Shown one piece after another: positions 55,461 through 64,000 of a stretch of 64,000 nucleotides of DNA (its first letter is position 1; every line of letters begins with the position of its first letter). This DNA comes from an uncultured Candidatus Saccharibacteria bacterium (lineage in GTDB: Bacteria > Patescibacteriota > Minisyncoccia > UBA6257 > 2-01-FULL-56-20). The notes below the pieces were generated by a model, which ran no database searches, was not told the origin of the DNA, and saw only the letters and a program-made list of their open reading frames with translations. The position numbers and the translations under genes are program-made. Location: assembly GCA_965231155.1 (NCBI GenBank), contig OZ246418.1, positions 498,496 to 562,495 of the forward strand, read 5' to 3'.

Positions 55461-55634
55461 TGGTATACTATACACGTCCCGTAGAAGATCCAGACTAAAT
55501 AATCAACAACGGGAGGACGAATTGTTTCTTATTGCTGGTTTGTCCGGAATATTGAGACTGAGTCCACCCACCTGGCGATACGCTGGGTCGTCTTCTCGGG
55601 ATGCCAGAGTACCCCCTTTGTAGGGGGTTTTCTG
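55461..55634 (+). promoter_or_regulatory. candidate promoter (extended -10 TGgTATACT) plus roughly 150-nt structured leader ending in an intrinsic terminator/attenuator, upstream of the HAD/PMM-like gene
   Basis: tggtatact at 55461-55469. The leader has several GC-rich complementary segments (acccacctgg...ctgggt). A ccccc-tttgta-ggggg hairpin with T-run lies at 55612-55634, about 43 nt before the downstream ATG. No known riboswitch consensus could be matched by eye. Confidence 0.3.
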
Positions 55635-55676
55635 TTGCGAGGGGGCATTTTGACTGCTATTATTCAGGATAATCCA

Positions 55677-56465
55677 ATGGTATTAGAAAAAGATTATAGC
55701 AAGAAAGAATTGATCGTTTTTGATCTTGACGGCACTCTAACTGTAAGTAAGAGCACTATGGATCGGGGGATGGGAGAGCTACTCGGCGAGTTACTTAAGG
55801 TCAAGATGGTGGCGGTTATCGGTGGCGGAAATTATGCTCAATTTGAAAGTCAGCTCTTGTCTAGCCTCTCTTTGCCAAGTTCACTTTCCGAAAAACTTTT
55901 TATTTTTCCAACCTCTGGGTCGGCTTTTTATAGATATGTTGCTGTAGGTTGGGAAAAGGTCTATGAGGAACTCTTGACTGAAGATGAGAAAACTAGAATT
56001 TATAGGGCGTTTGAGAGGGTTTTCTCAGAGTTAAATTATGAGAAGCCAGAAGTAATGTATGGCGTTGATATAGAAGATCGAACTACCCAAATTTCTTTTT
56101 CTCCACTTGGGCAGCAGGCTTCTCCTCAAAAGAAAGAAGAGTGGCGGGAAAAATATAATCCCTTACGACTTAAGATGCGTGATATGCTCGCAGAATATCT
56201 GCCTGACTTTGAAGTTCGGGCGGGTGGGATTACGACCATTGATGTCACTCGGAAGGGGATTGATAAGGCTTATGGAATTCACAAGATGGAAGAGTATTTG
56301 AAAGTTCCTAAGTCAGGAATGTTTTTCATTGGCGATGCAATCTATCCTGGAGGAAATGATTATGCCGCAGTTGTGGCGGGAGTTGATTATATTAAAGTTA
56401 CTGGGCCAGAAGAAACGAAAATGGTGATTCGTGGTTTGCTTGGTGAGCCACTATCTACTTCTTAA
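55677..56465 (+). CDS. HAD-superfamily IIB hydrolase, eukaryotic phosphomannomutase (PMM)-like
   Basis: ORF track gives 55635. The likely start is the ATG at 55677 (MVLEKDYSKKELIVFDLDGTLTVS...). HAD motif I FDLDGTLT, a cap region, and motif IV FIGDAIYPGGNDYA are present. Confidence 0.6.
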   Translation: MVLEKDYSKKELIVFDLDGTLTVSKSTMDRGMGELLGELLKVKMVAVIGGGNYAQFESQLLSSLSLPSSLSEKLFIFPTSGSAFYRYVAVGWEKVYEELLTEDEKTRIYRAFERVFSELNYEKPEVMYGVDIEDRTTQISFSPLGQQASPQKKEEWREKYNPLRLKMRDMLAEYLPDFEVRAGGITTIDVTRKGIDKAYGIHKMEEYLKVPKSGMFFIGDAIYPGGNDYAAVVAGVDYIKVTGPEETKMVIRGLLGEPLSTS

Positions 56466-56468
56466 TTT

Positions 56469-58355
56469 ATGAACAAGAATTTTCAGATATACACAGAGGA
56501 AGCAGATAAGGATATTCAAAAAATCCGCGAGCATGTTACGCAAAAAAAGCGGGAGCCTCATTCTCTTCTTTTGTCAGATTATTATTTTTTTCGTTTTAAG
56601 AAACAACTTTTAGAGGTGCTTGGTGGGTTGGTTGGGGTTGAGGAGTGCCTTGAAGGATTAAATCAGCCTCCTGCCCATATCGCAGGCGATTTTGCTTTGC
56701 CAGTTTTTCCACTAGCCAAAGAAAGAGGAGAGTCTCCGGCTAAGGTCGCAGAGGGTGTTGCTCATCTTCTAAATACTCAGGCCACCAATGATGACGTACT
56801 GTGGGCTTCGGCGGTAGTGGTTGGTCCTTTTGTAAATATTATACTCAAGGATCAGTTTCTTATTGAGTCGGTTCTTGGTCAGATCAGGGACCTTAGTGGT
56901 CGGTATGGAGAAAACAATGGGAATGAGAACAAGATAGAATCGGAACGAAAAGTTGTGTTAGTTGAATATTCTTCTGTGAATGTGGCGAAGCCAATTGGTG
57001 TTGGCCATATGCGTTCAACAATTATCGGGCAGGCGATTGCCAATATTTTTGAATATTCGGGAGCGGTGGTTATTCGTCACAACTATCTTGGGGATTGGGG
57101 GACACAGTTTGGTAAGTTGGCCTATGCGTATGAACTATGGGGAGATGAGGAGATGCTCAAAAAAGACCCTCTTCGTTCGTTAAAAAATTTGTATGTAAAG
57201 TTTCACGAAGAGGCAGAGAAAGACCCAGCGCTTGAGGATAAGGGTCGGGAGTACGCCGCTCGTTTGGAGGCTGACGACGAGGAGTTGTTGAAGGTGTGGA
57301 GTAAGTTTAAGGATATTAGCCTAGAAGGCTTTAAAAAGACCTATGAGAGGCTGGGGGTTAGCTTCGATACCTACCTGGTTGGAGAGGCTTATTTCGCCCA
57401 TTCTGATGAGAAAGATCGTGTTATAGGCCAGTGTCTCGCACAGACAGACATTTGCCATGTTGATGAGGAGTCTGGGGCGGTAGTTGTTGAGGGGCTCCAT
57501 GGGCGAGGGAGTGACTCTCACAAGGAACTGCCCGCGTTTATCCTTCGTAAAAAAGACGGAACGAGTTTGTATCTGACGCGAGATGTCGTGGCATTAAAAG
57601 AGAGAATCCGTTTCTGGAATCCCGATCAGATTTTTATTGTCGTTGGTAGCGAACAGGAACTTCACTTTAGACAACTTTTTTCTTTGGCCGAAAGATTGCA
57701 TATTCTTGATGAAAAGAAAGTAGCCACACATATCAGTTTTGGTACGGTACTGTCTGATGGCAAGAAGATGTCGACTCGTAAGGGCAGTCTTGTGGAGCTC
57801 GAAGGTCTGCTCGAGGAGTCGGTTCAGAAATCAGCCACTATCCTTAAAGAGAAAAATCCTGATCTCTCCGAAGCTGAGATTAAACAAAACGCTGAGATCA
57901 TTGGAATCGGGGCGGTGGTCTATAACGATCTTCGTCAGTCGAGGGAGAGAAATATTTCCTTTGACTGGAATCGAATGTTGGATTTTGAGGGAGGGAGTGC
58001 CGCGTATCTGCAGTATACCTGCGTCCGCATCGCCTCTATTCTCAGTAAGGTTGGAGTGGGGGAGGTGGCAGTTTTTCCTTTGGAGCCCACGGAGCGATCG
58101 CTTCTACTGAAGCTTTCTGAATTTCCTAAGATAATTCACCAGGTACAAGCTAGTGGAGATCCACACCCGCATCTTATCGCCACCTATCTTGAGGAGTTGG
58201 CTCAACTATTCAATTCGTTCTATGGTTCGACTTCCGTGAAGGGTACTCAAGACGAGGCTCAACGGAAGATGAGGATTCAATTAATTGGTAGTGTTCGGCA
58301 GGTTCTTGTGAACGGACTTAACCTTTTAAATATTCGAGTGCCTCAACGTATGTAA
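56469..58355 (+). CDS. argS: arginine--tRNA ligase
   Basis: Class I catalytic core: VEYSSVNVAKPIGVGHMRSTIIGQAIANIF (HIGH-type), GKKMSTRKGS (KMSKS). The C-terminal DALR-type anticodon-binding domain ends ...IRVPQRM. Confidence 0.85.
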   Translation: MNKNFQIYTEEADKDIQKIREHVTQKKREPHSLLLSDYYFFRFKKQLLEVLGGLVGVEECLEGLNQPPAHIAGDFALPVFPLAKERGESPAKVAEGVAHLLNTQATNDDVLWASAVVVGPFVNIILKDQFLIESVLGQIRDLSGRYGENNGNENKIESERKVVLVEYSSVNVAKPIGVGHMRSTIIGQAIANIFEYSGAVVIRHNYLGDWGTQFGKLAYAYELWGDEEMLKKDPLRSLKNLYVKFHEEAEKDPALEDKGREYAARLEADDEELLKVWSKFKDISLEGFKKTYERLGVSFDTYLVGEAYFAHSDEKDRVIGQCLAQTDICHVDEESGAVVVEGLHGRGSDSHKELPAFILRKKDGTSLYLTRDVVALKERIRFWNPDQIFIVVGSEQELHFRQLFSLAERLHILDEKKVATHISFGTVLSDGKKMSTRKGSLVELEGLLEESVQKSATILKEKNPDLSEAEIKQNAEIIGIGAVVYNDLRQSRERNISFDWNRMLDFEGGSAAYLQYTCVRIASILSKVGVGEVAVFPLEPTERSLLLKLSEFPKIIHQVQASGDPHPHLIATYLEELAQLFNSFYGSTSVKGTQDEAQRKMRIQLIGSVRQVLVNGLNLLNIRVPQRM

Positions 58356-58421
58356 ATGATGGGTTTGTTATACTTAAGAAAGTAACTAGCGGGCGGATTT
58401 CTAACCGAGGAGGGAGAGGCG

Positions 58422-58721
58422 ATGAGGTTCTTTCTTGGTATTCTTCTTCTCGTTTTCCCCACCTGTGTATTTGGAGGGGATCTTAGTCAGAAGACGAGAG
58501 TCTTCGAGAAACAATCGTCAGAGACAGAGAAGATCTTAGATGTTCTTCTCACTGAAGACATTAGGGGAAGGAAAGCCCTTCGTCTAGATCCGTTGATTCT
58601 CGGGGGTGTGAATTTCTTTGTCGATGCGGACAAAGAAGAGATATCTTGGCCTGACTGGCTGGGAGTCGAAATTAGACTGAAGGGAGAGAAGCCTTTTTTT
58701 ACTCTCAAGGCTCAGTGGTGA
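58422..58721 (+). CDS. hypothetical small secreted protein (99 aa)
   Basis: Signal peptide MRFFLGILLLVFPTCVFG. No family recognised. Confidence 0.35.
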   Translation: MRFFLGILLLVFPTCVFGGDLSQKTRVFEKQSSETEKILDVLLTEDIRGRKALRLDPLILGGVNFFVDADKEEISWPDWLGVEIRLKGEKPFFTLKAQW

Positions 58722-58761
58722 TTCGGGCATCGTTTTCTCATAAAAACGGTGCTTTTTCTTG

Positions 58762-58832
58762 TCGGGCTGCCGGGAATCGAACCCGGTCTACATCCACCCC
58801 ATGGACGCGTACTACCAGTATACTACAGCCCG
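58762..58832 (-). tRNA. tRNA-Pro (anticodon GGG)
   Basis: Reverse complement CGGGCTGTAGTATACTGGTAGTACGCGTCCATGGGGTGGATGTAGACCGGGTTCGATTCCCGGCAGCCCGA. 7-bp acceptor CGGGCUG/CAGCCCG, D-loop with GG, anticodon loop AUGGGGU (GGG), T-arm CCGGG-UUCGAUU-CCCGG, discriminator A (C1/A73 as in bacterial tRNA-Pro). Confidence 0.8.
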
Positions 58833-58921
58833 CTAAAGCGTTATCAGAGTATCTCGATTTAAGAGTGGAGTAAAGAGTATTTACCTTTTTATTTGAAGCT
58901 TTTTTTTATATAATTTCACGT

Positions 58922-61177
58922 ATGCCAAGAAAAAAGAAAGAAATCTCAGAAGTTGTTGTGATGGATGTTTTGCACGAAGAGGAGGTCGTTGGGATCAGGG
59001 AGGAGTCTAGTTCTACAGAGCAAAGTATTTGGAGAAGATTAAGTCGTTGGAGTTTTGTTCTGGGGTTGGCCTTGATGCCTTTCTTTTTTGTCCCGGGCGC
59101 TCCTGGATTGGCATCGATAACTCAGCAAACAGTGGGTGGAGTGTTGATTATTTCGAGTTTAATTTTTTTCCTGTTTGATAGTCTGCGAGAAAGGAGGATT
59201 CCATTTTCCTCGTTGTCTCGAGGAGTCAAAATTTTCTCTCTGATTTTCTTTATCGGAGTTTCTGTTTCCTTGTTTTTTTCTCCGGCTCGAAGTTTCAGTT
59301 TCTGGGGAGGAAGTAGTTTTGAAGGAGGCACTGGCCTTGCTTTTCTATTATGCCTCCTTAGTTTCTTTCTTGGTACCTCTCTTTTTCGGGAGAGGAGGGA
59401 TTCCAGCTTTCTCTTTTCCGGAGAATTCTTTTCTTTATTTGCCACTTATCTTTTAGTGGTCTTAGTGAACCTTTTTTTCTTTGCATTCGGTCGTCCGTTC
59501 TTGGGAATAACAAGCAACGCATTTAATCTCTTAGGTGGAATTAATGCATTTGCTATTTTTTCAGGAGGAGCGTGCGTCTTGTTGATTGGGTATCTGCTTG
59601 CCTACGAGCTTATTTTTATAAAAAAGATTTTAGTAACGCTCCTTGCTGTTCTGTCTTTCACTTTCCTACTACTATTCGGTAACGCAGTGATCTTCTTAAT
59701 TTCTATTGCAAGTCTTTTGACGCTCTTAGGGTTTCAGCAAAGCTTTTCTTTAAAGGTTGGGAATCGGTTCAGTTTGGGAACTGCTTTTGTAGTTTTGGCT
59801 ATTGCGATTCTTTCATTCTTGGCTATTACTGGTTACCGTGTAGGATCCCTCCTCAATTTACCAGCTGAGGTAGCACCCAGTTTTAACGCTTCACTTTCCA
59901 TCGCTACTCAAGTTCTGAGTAGTAATGTTCGGTCTCTTCTGGTCGGTTCGGGGCCAAATACATATAGTTCAGATTTTGTTTCCTTTAAGCCACTCTCGAT
60001 CAACCTGACTTCTCTTTGGAGTGTTGATTTTCCAGGCGCGTACTCTTTGTGGCTGACGTTACTACCAACACTAGGTTTGGTTGGCACCTTAGCTTTCTTA
60101 TTTTTATGTCTATCAATTTTTTGGCAAAGCTTGCATCGGTTGACTGTAGATAGTAAGAAGGGCAATTTCTCAAGGCCAGAATTCCTTCTATCACTGGGAA
60201 TAGCTTTTCTTTTTATTAGTTCATTCTTCTTTGGATTTACTTTTCCGTTGATTATCTATTTGTTTGTTGGTTTGGGCTTGTTAGCTGGTTTTTCAAAGAA
60301 CGAGAAGGAGGATGCTTTGCTTGTAGTAACTTCTTTGCGATCTTTTTTTCTGACTCTTATCCTCATCGCGTTCATTGTTTCGTTTGCGGTACTTGGCTTT
60401 TTCCTGGTCCAGAGATTCTATGCTTCTCTAGTAATGAATCGCAGTGTCGAAGTTTTTAATCGGGATGGTAATCTCGAAAAAGTGCTTCAGGATGTTTCAG
60501 TTGCTCACCGCATTTTCCCTCAGGAAGCTACGGCACAGCTACTGAGCACTCTTTGGCAGCGATCTTTAGTGCTTTCTTTGGGGGAGGGTAGTTCGTCGCT
60601 TGCGACAGTAACTCCTCAGGACTCTTTTAATCTCAGCGTTTCTTCTGCGCAGGAAGCTATTCGTTTGAATCCCATCAACCATCAGAACTGGGCTCTCCTT
60701 GGAGATATCTATCAGAACGTTGTATCGATTGAAGGTGCTTCAGATCAAGCTATTAGAGCTTATGCTGAGGCTGAGCGCGTGAATCCCACGAATCCATTTT
60801 ATCCCTTGGTTCTGGCTCGATTGCAGATTCTCTCTGCGGATAGGGCAACTAGTACTGCTCGAATAAATCTTCTTGCAACAGCCGAGGAAGAGCTTCAAAG
60901 AAGTATTCACCTGAAACCAAATATGGTGGAAAGTAATGCACTTTTAGGACAACTTTATTATACAGAAGGGAAACTTGATCAGGCTGAGCTACTTTTCACG
61001 CAGGCCTTGGAGATTAATCCTGGGTTCAGTGATGCTCGTTACCTCTTGGCCTTACTCTATAAAAAGCAGGGGAAACTAGAAGAGGCTAGGGAGAATTTTA
61101 ATGAGGTTCTCAGGCTGAACCCAGGCAACGAGGAAGTTCTCAGTCAGCTCAACTCTCTTAAGGATTCTAAGAAATAA
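58922..61177 (+). CDS. polytopic membrane protein, O-antigen-ligase/Wzy-like, with C-terminal TPR repeats
   Basis: About 12 TM segments over the first roughly 500 aa. The C-terminal roughly 230 aa hold TPR-like repeats (ALLGDIYQN..., ALLGQLYYTEGKLDQAELLFTQALEINPGFSDARYLLALLYKKQGKLEEARENFNEVLRLNP). Confidence 0.5.
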   Translation: MPRKKKEISEVVVMDVLHEEEVVGIREESSSTEQSIWRRLSRWSFVLGLALMPFFFVPGAPGLASITQQTVGGVLIISSLIFFLFDSLRERRIPFSSLSRGVKIFSLIFFIGVSVSLFFSPARSFSFWGGSSFEGGTGLAFLLCLLSFFLGTSLFRERRDSSFLFSGEFFSLFATYLLVVLVNLFFFAFGRPFLGITSNAFNLLGGINAFAIFSGGACVLLIGYLLAYELIFIKKILVTLLAVLSFTFLLLFGNAVIFLISIASLLTLLGFQQSFSLKVGNRFSLGTAFVVLAIAILSFLAITGYRVGSLLNLPAEVAPSFNASLSIATQVLSSNVRSLLVGSGPNTYSSDFVSFKPLSINLTSLWSVDFPGAYSLWLTLLPTLGLVGTLAFLFLCLSIFWQSLHRLTVDSKKGNFSRPEFLLSLGIAFLFISSFFFGFTFPLIIYLFVGLGLLAGFSKNEKEDALLVVTSLRSFFLTLILIAFIVSFAVLGFFLVQRFYASLVMNRSVEVFNRDGNLEKVLQDVSVAHRIFPQEATAQLLSTLWQRSLVLSLGEGSSSLATVTPQDSFNLSVSSAQEAIRLNPINHQNWALLGDIYQNVVSIEGASDQAIRAYAEAERVNPTNPFYPLVLARLQILSADRATSTARINLLATAEEELQRSIHLKPNMVESNALLGQLYYTEGKLDQAELLFTQALEINPGFSDARYLLALLYKKQGKLEEARENFNEVLRLNPGNEEVLSQLNSLKDSKK

Positions 61178-61205
61178 CAGGTAAGAGTTTCTATTATGTG
61201 AGAAC

Positions 61206-61240
61206 AAAAAAACTGAAGCGATTTACTTCAGTTTTTTTGT
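61206..61240. terminator. bidirectional intrinsic terminator between convergent genes
   Basis: aactgaagcg-att-tacttcagtt hairpin flanked by aaaaaaa (5') and ttttttt (3'). It overlaps the last codons of rpmB. Confidence 0.65.
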
Positions 61241-61435
61241 TTCTTTGGCAGTAACCGGTTCCTTCTGGTTTTTCCTGAGACAGGAGGTACAGATTTTCAT
61301 CCTCACATCCTTGATCTTTGCCCACTGAAGGTTTGGATACTTACGTTGGGTGGGGAGGGGATTATAGTGGCCACGAAGCAACTTTCGCTGACCGCGCATA
61401 ATTGATCCCTTGCCACATAGTTGACACTGTCGCAT
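61223..61435 (-). CDS. rpmB: 50S ribosomal protein L28
   Basis: ORF track extends to 61471. The L28 N-terminus MRQCQLCGKGSIMRGQRK...PNLQWAKIKDVRMKICTSCLRK begins at the minus-strand ATG 61435..61433. Confidence 0.8.
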   Translation of the reverse strand: MRQCQLCGKGSIMRGQRKLLRGHYNPLPTQRKYPNLQWAKIKDVRMKICTSCLRKNQKEPVTAKETKKLK

Positions 61436-61442
61436 GGGGCCT

Positions 61443-61472
61443 ATTGTAGCACTGTTCGGCAGGGAAGTCAAA
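61443..61472 (-). promoter_or_regulatory. sigma70-like promoter for rpmB (TTGACT-N18-TACAAT on minus strand)
   Basis: Minus-strand TTGACT (plus 61467-61472) and TACAAT (plus 61443-61448). Confidence 0.5.
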
Positions 61473-61480
61473 GATTAAAA

Positions 61481-61510
61481 AGACCCTGGTTTAGGGTCTT
61501 TTTAGGTCGA
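61481..61510 (-). terminator. intrinsic terminator downstream of hsp20
   Basis: agaccct-ggttt-agggtct hairpin flanked by A-run and T-run. Confidence 0.6.
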
Positions 61511-61522
61511 TTTCCAGTTTGG

Positions 61523-62005
61523 CTATTCCATCCGAACCCTAATTTTCTTGGCTTTTTGTCTAGTCAGTTTTGGCAGGTGGATAGTGAGGACTCCATTTTT
61601 AAACACGGCATGGGCATTCTCAGCGTCAACTTCCTGAGGGAGTATGACCGATCGAGAAAACTTGCCCCAGTAGCACTCCTGGTAGAAGTAGTCTTCTTTT
61701 TTTACGGTATGTTCTTTACGTCGTTGTCCCTTAATGGTGATAGAGTCTGCGGTAACATTAATATCGAGATCTTTATCTGGGTCCACGCCAGCCACCGCTG
61801 ATTCAACCACAATTTCATTTGGTGTTTGATACACGTCGATGGTGAGTTGGCCCTCTAGCTCATCCTCCTCGGTAGGTTCTTCGGCACGGAAATGGAGTTT
61901 CGGTTTGCTGGTGATACTACTAGAGGATTTAGCTAAGTCTATCTTTAGAGGTTCCTCGAGATGTTCTCGTTCCTCATCGATATGATCTTCTGAATATGGA
62001 TTCAT
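61523..62005 (-). CDS. Hsp20 / alpha-crystallin family small heat-shock protein
   Basis: Alpha-crystallin domain LTIDVYQTPNEIVVESAVAGVDPDKDLDINV...ITIKGQRR...FSRSVILPQEVDAENAHAVFKNGVLTIHLPK. Confidence 0.85.
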   Translation of the reverse strand: MNPYSEDHIDEEREHLEEPLKIDLAKSSSSITSKPKLHFRAEEPTEEDELEGQLTIDVYQTPNEIVVESAVAGVDPDKDLDINVTADSITIKGQRRKEHTVKKEDYFYQECYWGKFSRSVILPQEVDAENAHAVFKNGVLTIHLPKLTRQKAKKIRVRME

Positions 62006-62049
62006 ACTGAGGAGTATAGCATTTTTTGTTTATCAAAGAAATCCACACG

Positions 62050-62754
62050 TCACACCGTTCGCCACTTGAGTTCTTCAAAGTCGCTGAGCACAAAGAAACC
62101 AGCAACCAGCAGAAGCGGGAGTATATAGGTCATACTTCCGTAGGTTACGATGAGGTAGTTAAAGTAGAGATGAAGGCCGGTAGCCAGAGGAATGCCAATG
62201 AGGAGAAAGTGTGTTTTGTTGAAATGACGAACATTCAAGGCCCAGAAGTAGCCGATAATAGCAGAGCTTAGGGCGTGGAGGAGAGTCGAACCAACGAAGC
62301 GAAGTGAAGCGATCTGGCCGATATAGCTCCAGGGAGCTGTTTGGATGGCTGGCGAGAGAGAGGGGATATTGCTGGCTTCACGTGAGAGGTAGGCAATATT
62401 TTCTAGGGTAGCAAAACCGAGAGCACCGACAACCATATAGATCATGGCGTCGACGGGCTCGTCAAAGGCTTTCATGTGACGAACGAACAAAAAGACAAAA
62501 ATAAACTTTCCCATTTCCTCAAGAAAAGCGGCCATGGTGAGGTAGGAGAGAGCATACGTGGTACCTTGTCCGAAGATAATAGTTTTTAGGATGCCGCCAA
62601 TAAGGAGTACGGCGATGGCGCTAATCATGCCGATAATAAAAACGGCGGCTACTAAGCGCTTTGGTTCAGGATGATCATCTTCTTCTTCAAAAAAGAGAAG
62701 CCAGACAAGCCCAGGGAAAAAACTGACAGCCAAAACGGCGGCTTGAAATGCCAT
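62050..62754 (-). CDS. PrsW-family intramembrane metalloprotease
   Basis: Multi-TM protein with the conserved FLEEMGKF (EExxK) and ATLENIAY motifs and the paired His region (LLHALSSAIIGYF) typical of PrsW proteases. Confidence 0.6.
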   Translation of the reverse strand: MAFQAAVLAVSFFPGLVWLLFFEEEDDHPEPKRLVAAVFIIGMISAIAVLLIGGILKTIIFGQGTTYALSYLTMAAFLEEMGKFIFVFLFVRHMKAFDEPVDAMIYMVVGALGFATLENIAYLSREASNIPSLSPAIQTAPWSYIGQIASLRFVGSTLLHALSSAIIGYFWALNVRHFNKTHFLLIGIPLATGLHLYFNYLIVTYGSMTYILPLLLVAGFFVLSDFEELKWRTV

Positions 62755-62781
62755 ATCCGTTTATTATATCAGATTTTCAGT

Positions 62782-64000
62782 TTAGTTATCCCACGACTGA
62801 ACCATCAGAATTTTTCCCGGATAGAATTTCTGATAAATCTCTTCGGTGACAAATGGCATAAATGGGTGAAGCATTTTTAGGCTTTGAAGGAGAATCTGTT
62901 CTAAGGTGCCATAAGATGCCCACTGATCGTTTATATTCTCGCCTCTTAGGCGTGGTTTAGCTGCTTCGATGATTTTATCGGCAAAGGTGTGCCAGAAGTA
63001 GTGGTAGGCGGTTTCGCTGGCTAGGTGAAAATCGTAATTCTCGATGTGTTGGCTCACTTCTTTCTTGACCTTCTGGAATTCAGCAATGATCGCTTTGTCT
63101 TCTTCGGTTAGAGCAGCAGTTTCTGGTCGAGGAGTAGTAGGTTTACTGATCATCACGAAGCGTGATGCATTCCAGATCTTAGTCGCAAAATTACGGTAGC
63201 CTTTGACGCGAGTTTCGTCGAACTTCACGTCATTGCCCGCTGAAGCGCCAGCAATCAGAGCCATACGCAAGGCATCGGCGCCATACTTCTCGGCCATCTC
63301 TACTGGATCGATGCCATTACCCTTAGACTTACTGAACTTTTGGCCATTTTTGTCTCGGACGATGCCATGGAAGTAGACTGTTTTAAACGGAACTTCTCCC
63401 AAGAGGCAACCACTCATCAGGATCATTCGTGCCACCCAGAAGGGGAGGATCTCGTATCCTGGTGCCATAAAGGTCGTGGGGTGGTAGTTCTTGAAATCTT
63501 CTTTATTTATATCTGGCCAGCCAAGCGTGGAGAACGTCCATAAACCAGAAGAAAACCAGGTATCTAAGGTGTCCGAGTCCTGGATCCAGCCTTCACCCGA
63601 AGGAGCTTCGATGCCACAATAAATTTCTTCTTCTTTGTACCAGACGGGAATACGGTGACCAAACCAGATTTGGCGACTAATACACCAGTCACGAAGGTTG
63701 TCGATCCAGTGGTAGTAGATCCTTTCGAATCGTTCGGGGACAATTTTAATCTGACCATTCTCGACGGACTTTTTCATAATCTCCTTGAGCGTCGTCTCGC
63801 TCCCCGAAGGAATGCCAGAAATATTAGAGTGTTCTAGCATGAACTTTGCATTGACGTTGATGAACCACTGGAGTTTGGGGAGGGGCTCAACAGTTCCGCC
63901 ACTTCGTTCGGCTTTGGAAAGGTTGATTTTAATTTTCTCCTCTTTCTCCATCAAACCTTCCTGTTTCAGCCAGTCGACGATGGTTGCACGAGCTTCAAGA
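62782..64000 (-). CDS. valS: valine--tRNA ligase (C-terminal part; N-terminus lies beyond the window end)
   Basis: VPERFERIYYHWIDNLRDWCISRQIWFGHRIPVWY, HPTTFMAPGYEILPFWVARMILM and KFSKSKGN (KMSKS) align with ValRS. The ORF is open through position 64000. No C-terminal coiled-coil domain follows the anticodon-binding domain. Confidence 0.85.
   Translation of the reverse strand, partial: LEARATIVDWLKQEGLMEKEEKIKINLSKAERSGGTVEPLPKLQWFINVNAKFMLEHSNISGIPSGSETTLKEIMKKSVENGQIKIVPERFERIYYHWIDNLRDWCISRQIWFGHRIPVWYKEEEIYCGIEAPSGEGWIQDSDTLDTWFSSGLWTFSTLGWPDINKEDFKNYHPTTFMAPGYEILPFWVARMILMSGCLLGEVPFKTVYFHGIVRDKNGQKFSKSKGNGIDPVEMAEKYGADALRMALIAGASAGNDVKFDETRVKGYRNFATKIWNASRFVMISKPTTPRPETAALTEEDKAIIAEFQKVKKEVSQHIENYDFHLASETAYHYFWHTFADKIIEAAKPRLRGENINDQWASYGTLEQILLQSLKMLHPFMPFVTEEIYQKFYPGKILMVQSWDN

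Noticed and set aside
55540-55610. TPP or SRP-like motif in the HAD leader (CTGAG...ACCC...CCTGGCG; GTCCGGAA)
   Set aside because: Only fragmentary resemblance. The TPP P2 (GGGGTGCC) and P4/P5 (CTGGATAATGCCAGCG) blocks and the SRP GGAAGCAGC block are absent. Kept as an unclassified structured leader.

Overview
The window is 64 kb of a compact, coding-dense bacterial chromosome with about 43-45% GC. Its gene content and domain architectures are consistent with a reduced-genome, host-associated lineage, most likely Candidate Phyla Radiation (Patescibacteria); that lineage assignment is inference. The centre is an almost complete tuf / S10 / spc / alpha ribosomal-protein supercluster running tuf-rpsJ-rplC through secY-adk-map (26.1-39.0 kb) and then infA-rpmJ-rpsM-rpsK-rpsD-rpoA-rplQ-rplM-rpsI (51.5-55.3 kb). 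About 12.5 kb of unrelated genes sit between map and infA: a family 2 glycosyltransferase, a Leu/Glu-type dehydrogenase, a giant secreted M23+SH3b peptidase, a GC-rich lipoprotein gene, an unannotated RNase P RNA, mgtC, an archaeal-type AspRS, ndk and two hypotheticals. rpmD (L30) is absent, rpoA lacks the alpha C-terminal domain, L24 carries a zinc ribbon and S14 is the zinc-binding Z type. The rest of the window holds a class II (B12) ribonucleotide reductase, uvrA, a small ORF and a short uvrC, and a pentose module (rpiB-rpe-split tkt-PfkB kinase) next to gap. Further genes are a SpoU methyltransferase, CapA, argS, a partial valS, hsp20, PrsW, rpmB and a HAD/PMM-like hydrolase behind a structured terminator-containing leader. 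There are many secreted or Ser/Thr-rich surface proteins: a three-LTD-domain protein, a peptidoglycan-binding protein, an InlB-B-repeat protein and an O-antigen-ligase-like TPR membrane protein. Two tRNAs are present (Asn-GTT, Pro-GGG). No CRISPR array, integrase, transposase or reverse transcriptase was seen. The most unusual loci are the giant M23/SH3b surface peptidase with novel Cys-rich repeats and an upstream perfect palindrome, the compositionally foreign lipoprotein gene next to rnpB, a translationally coupled GC-elevated small-ORF pair upstream of uvrA, and the attenuator-like leader in front of the PMM-like HAD gene.
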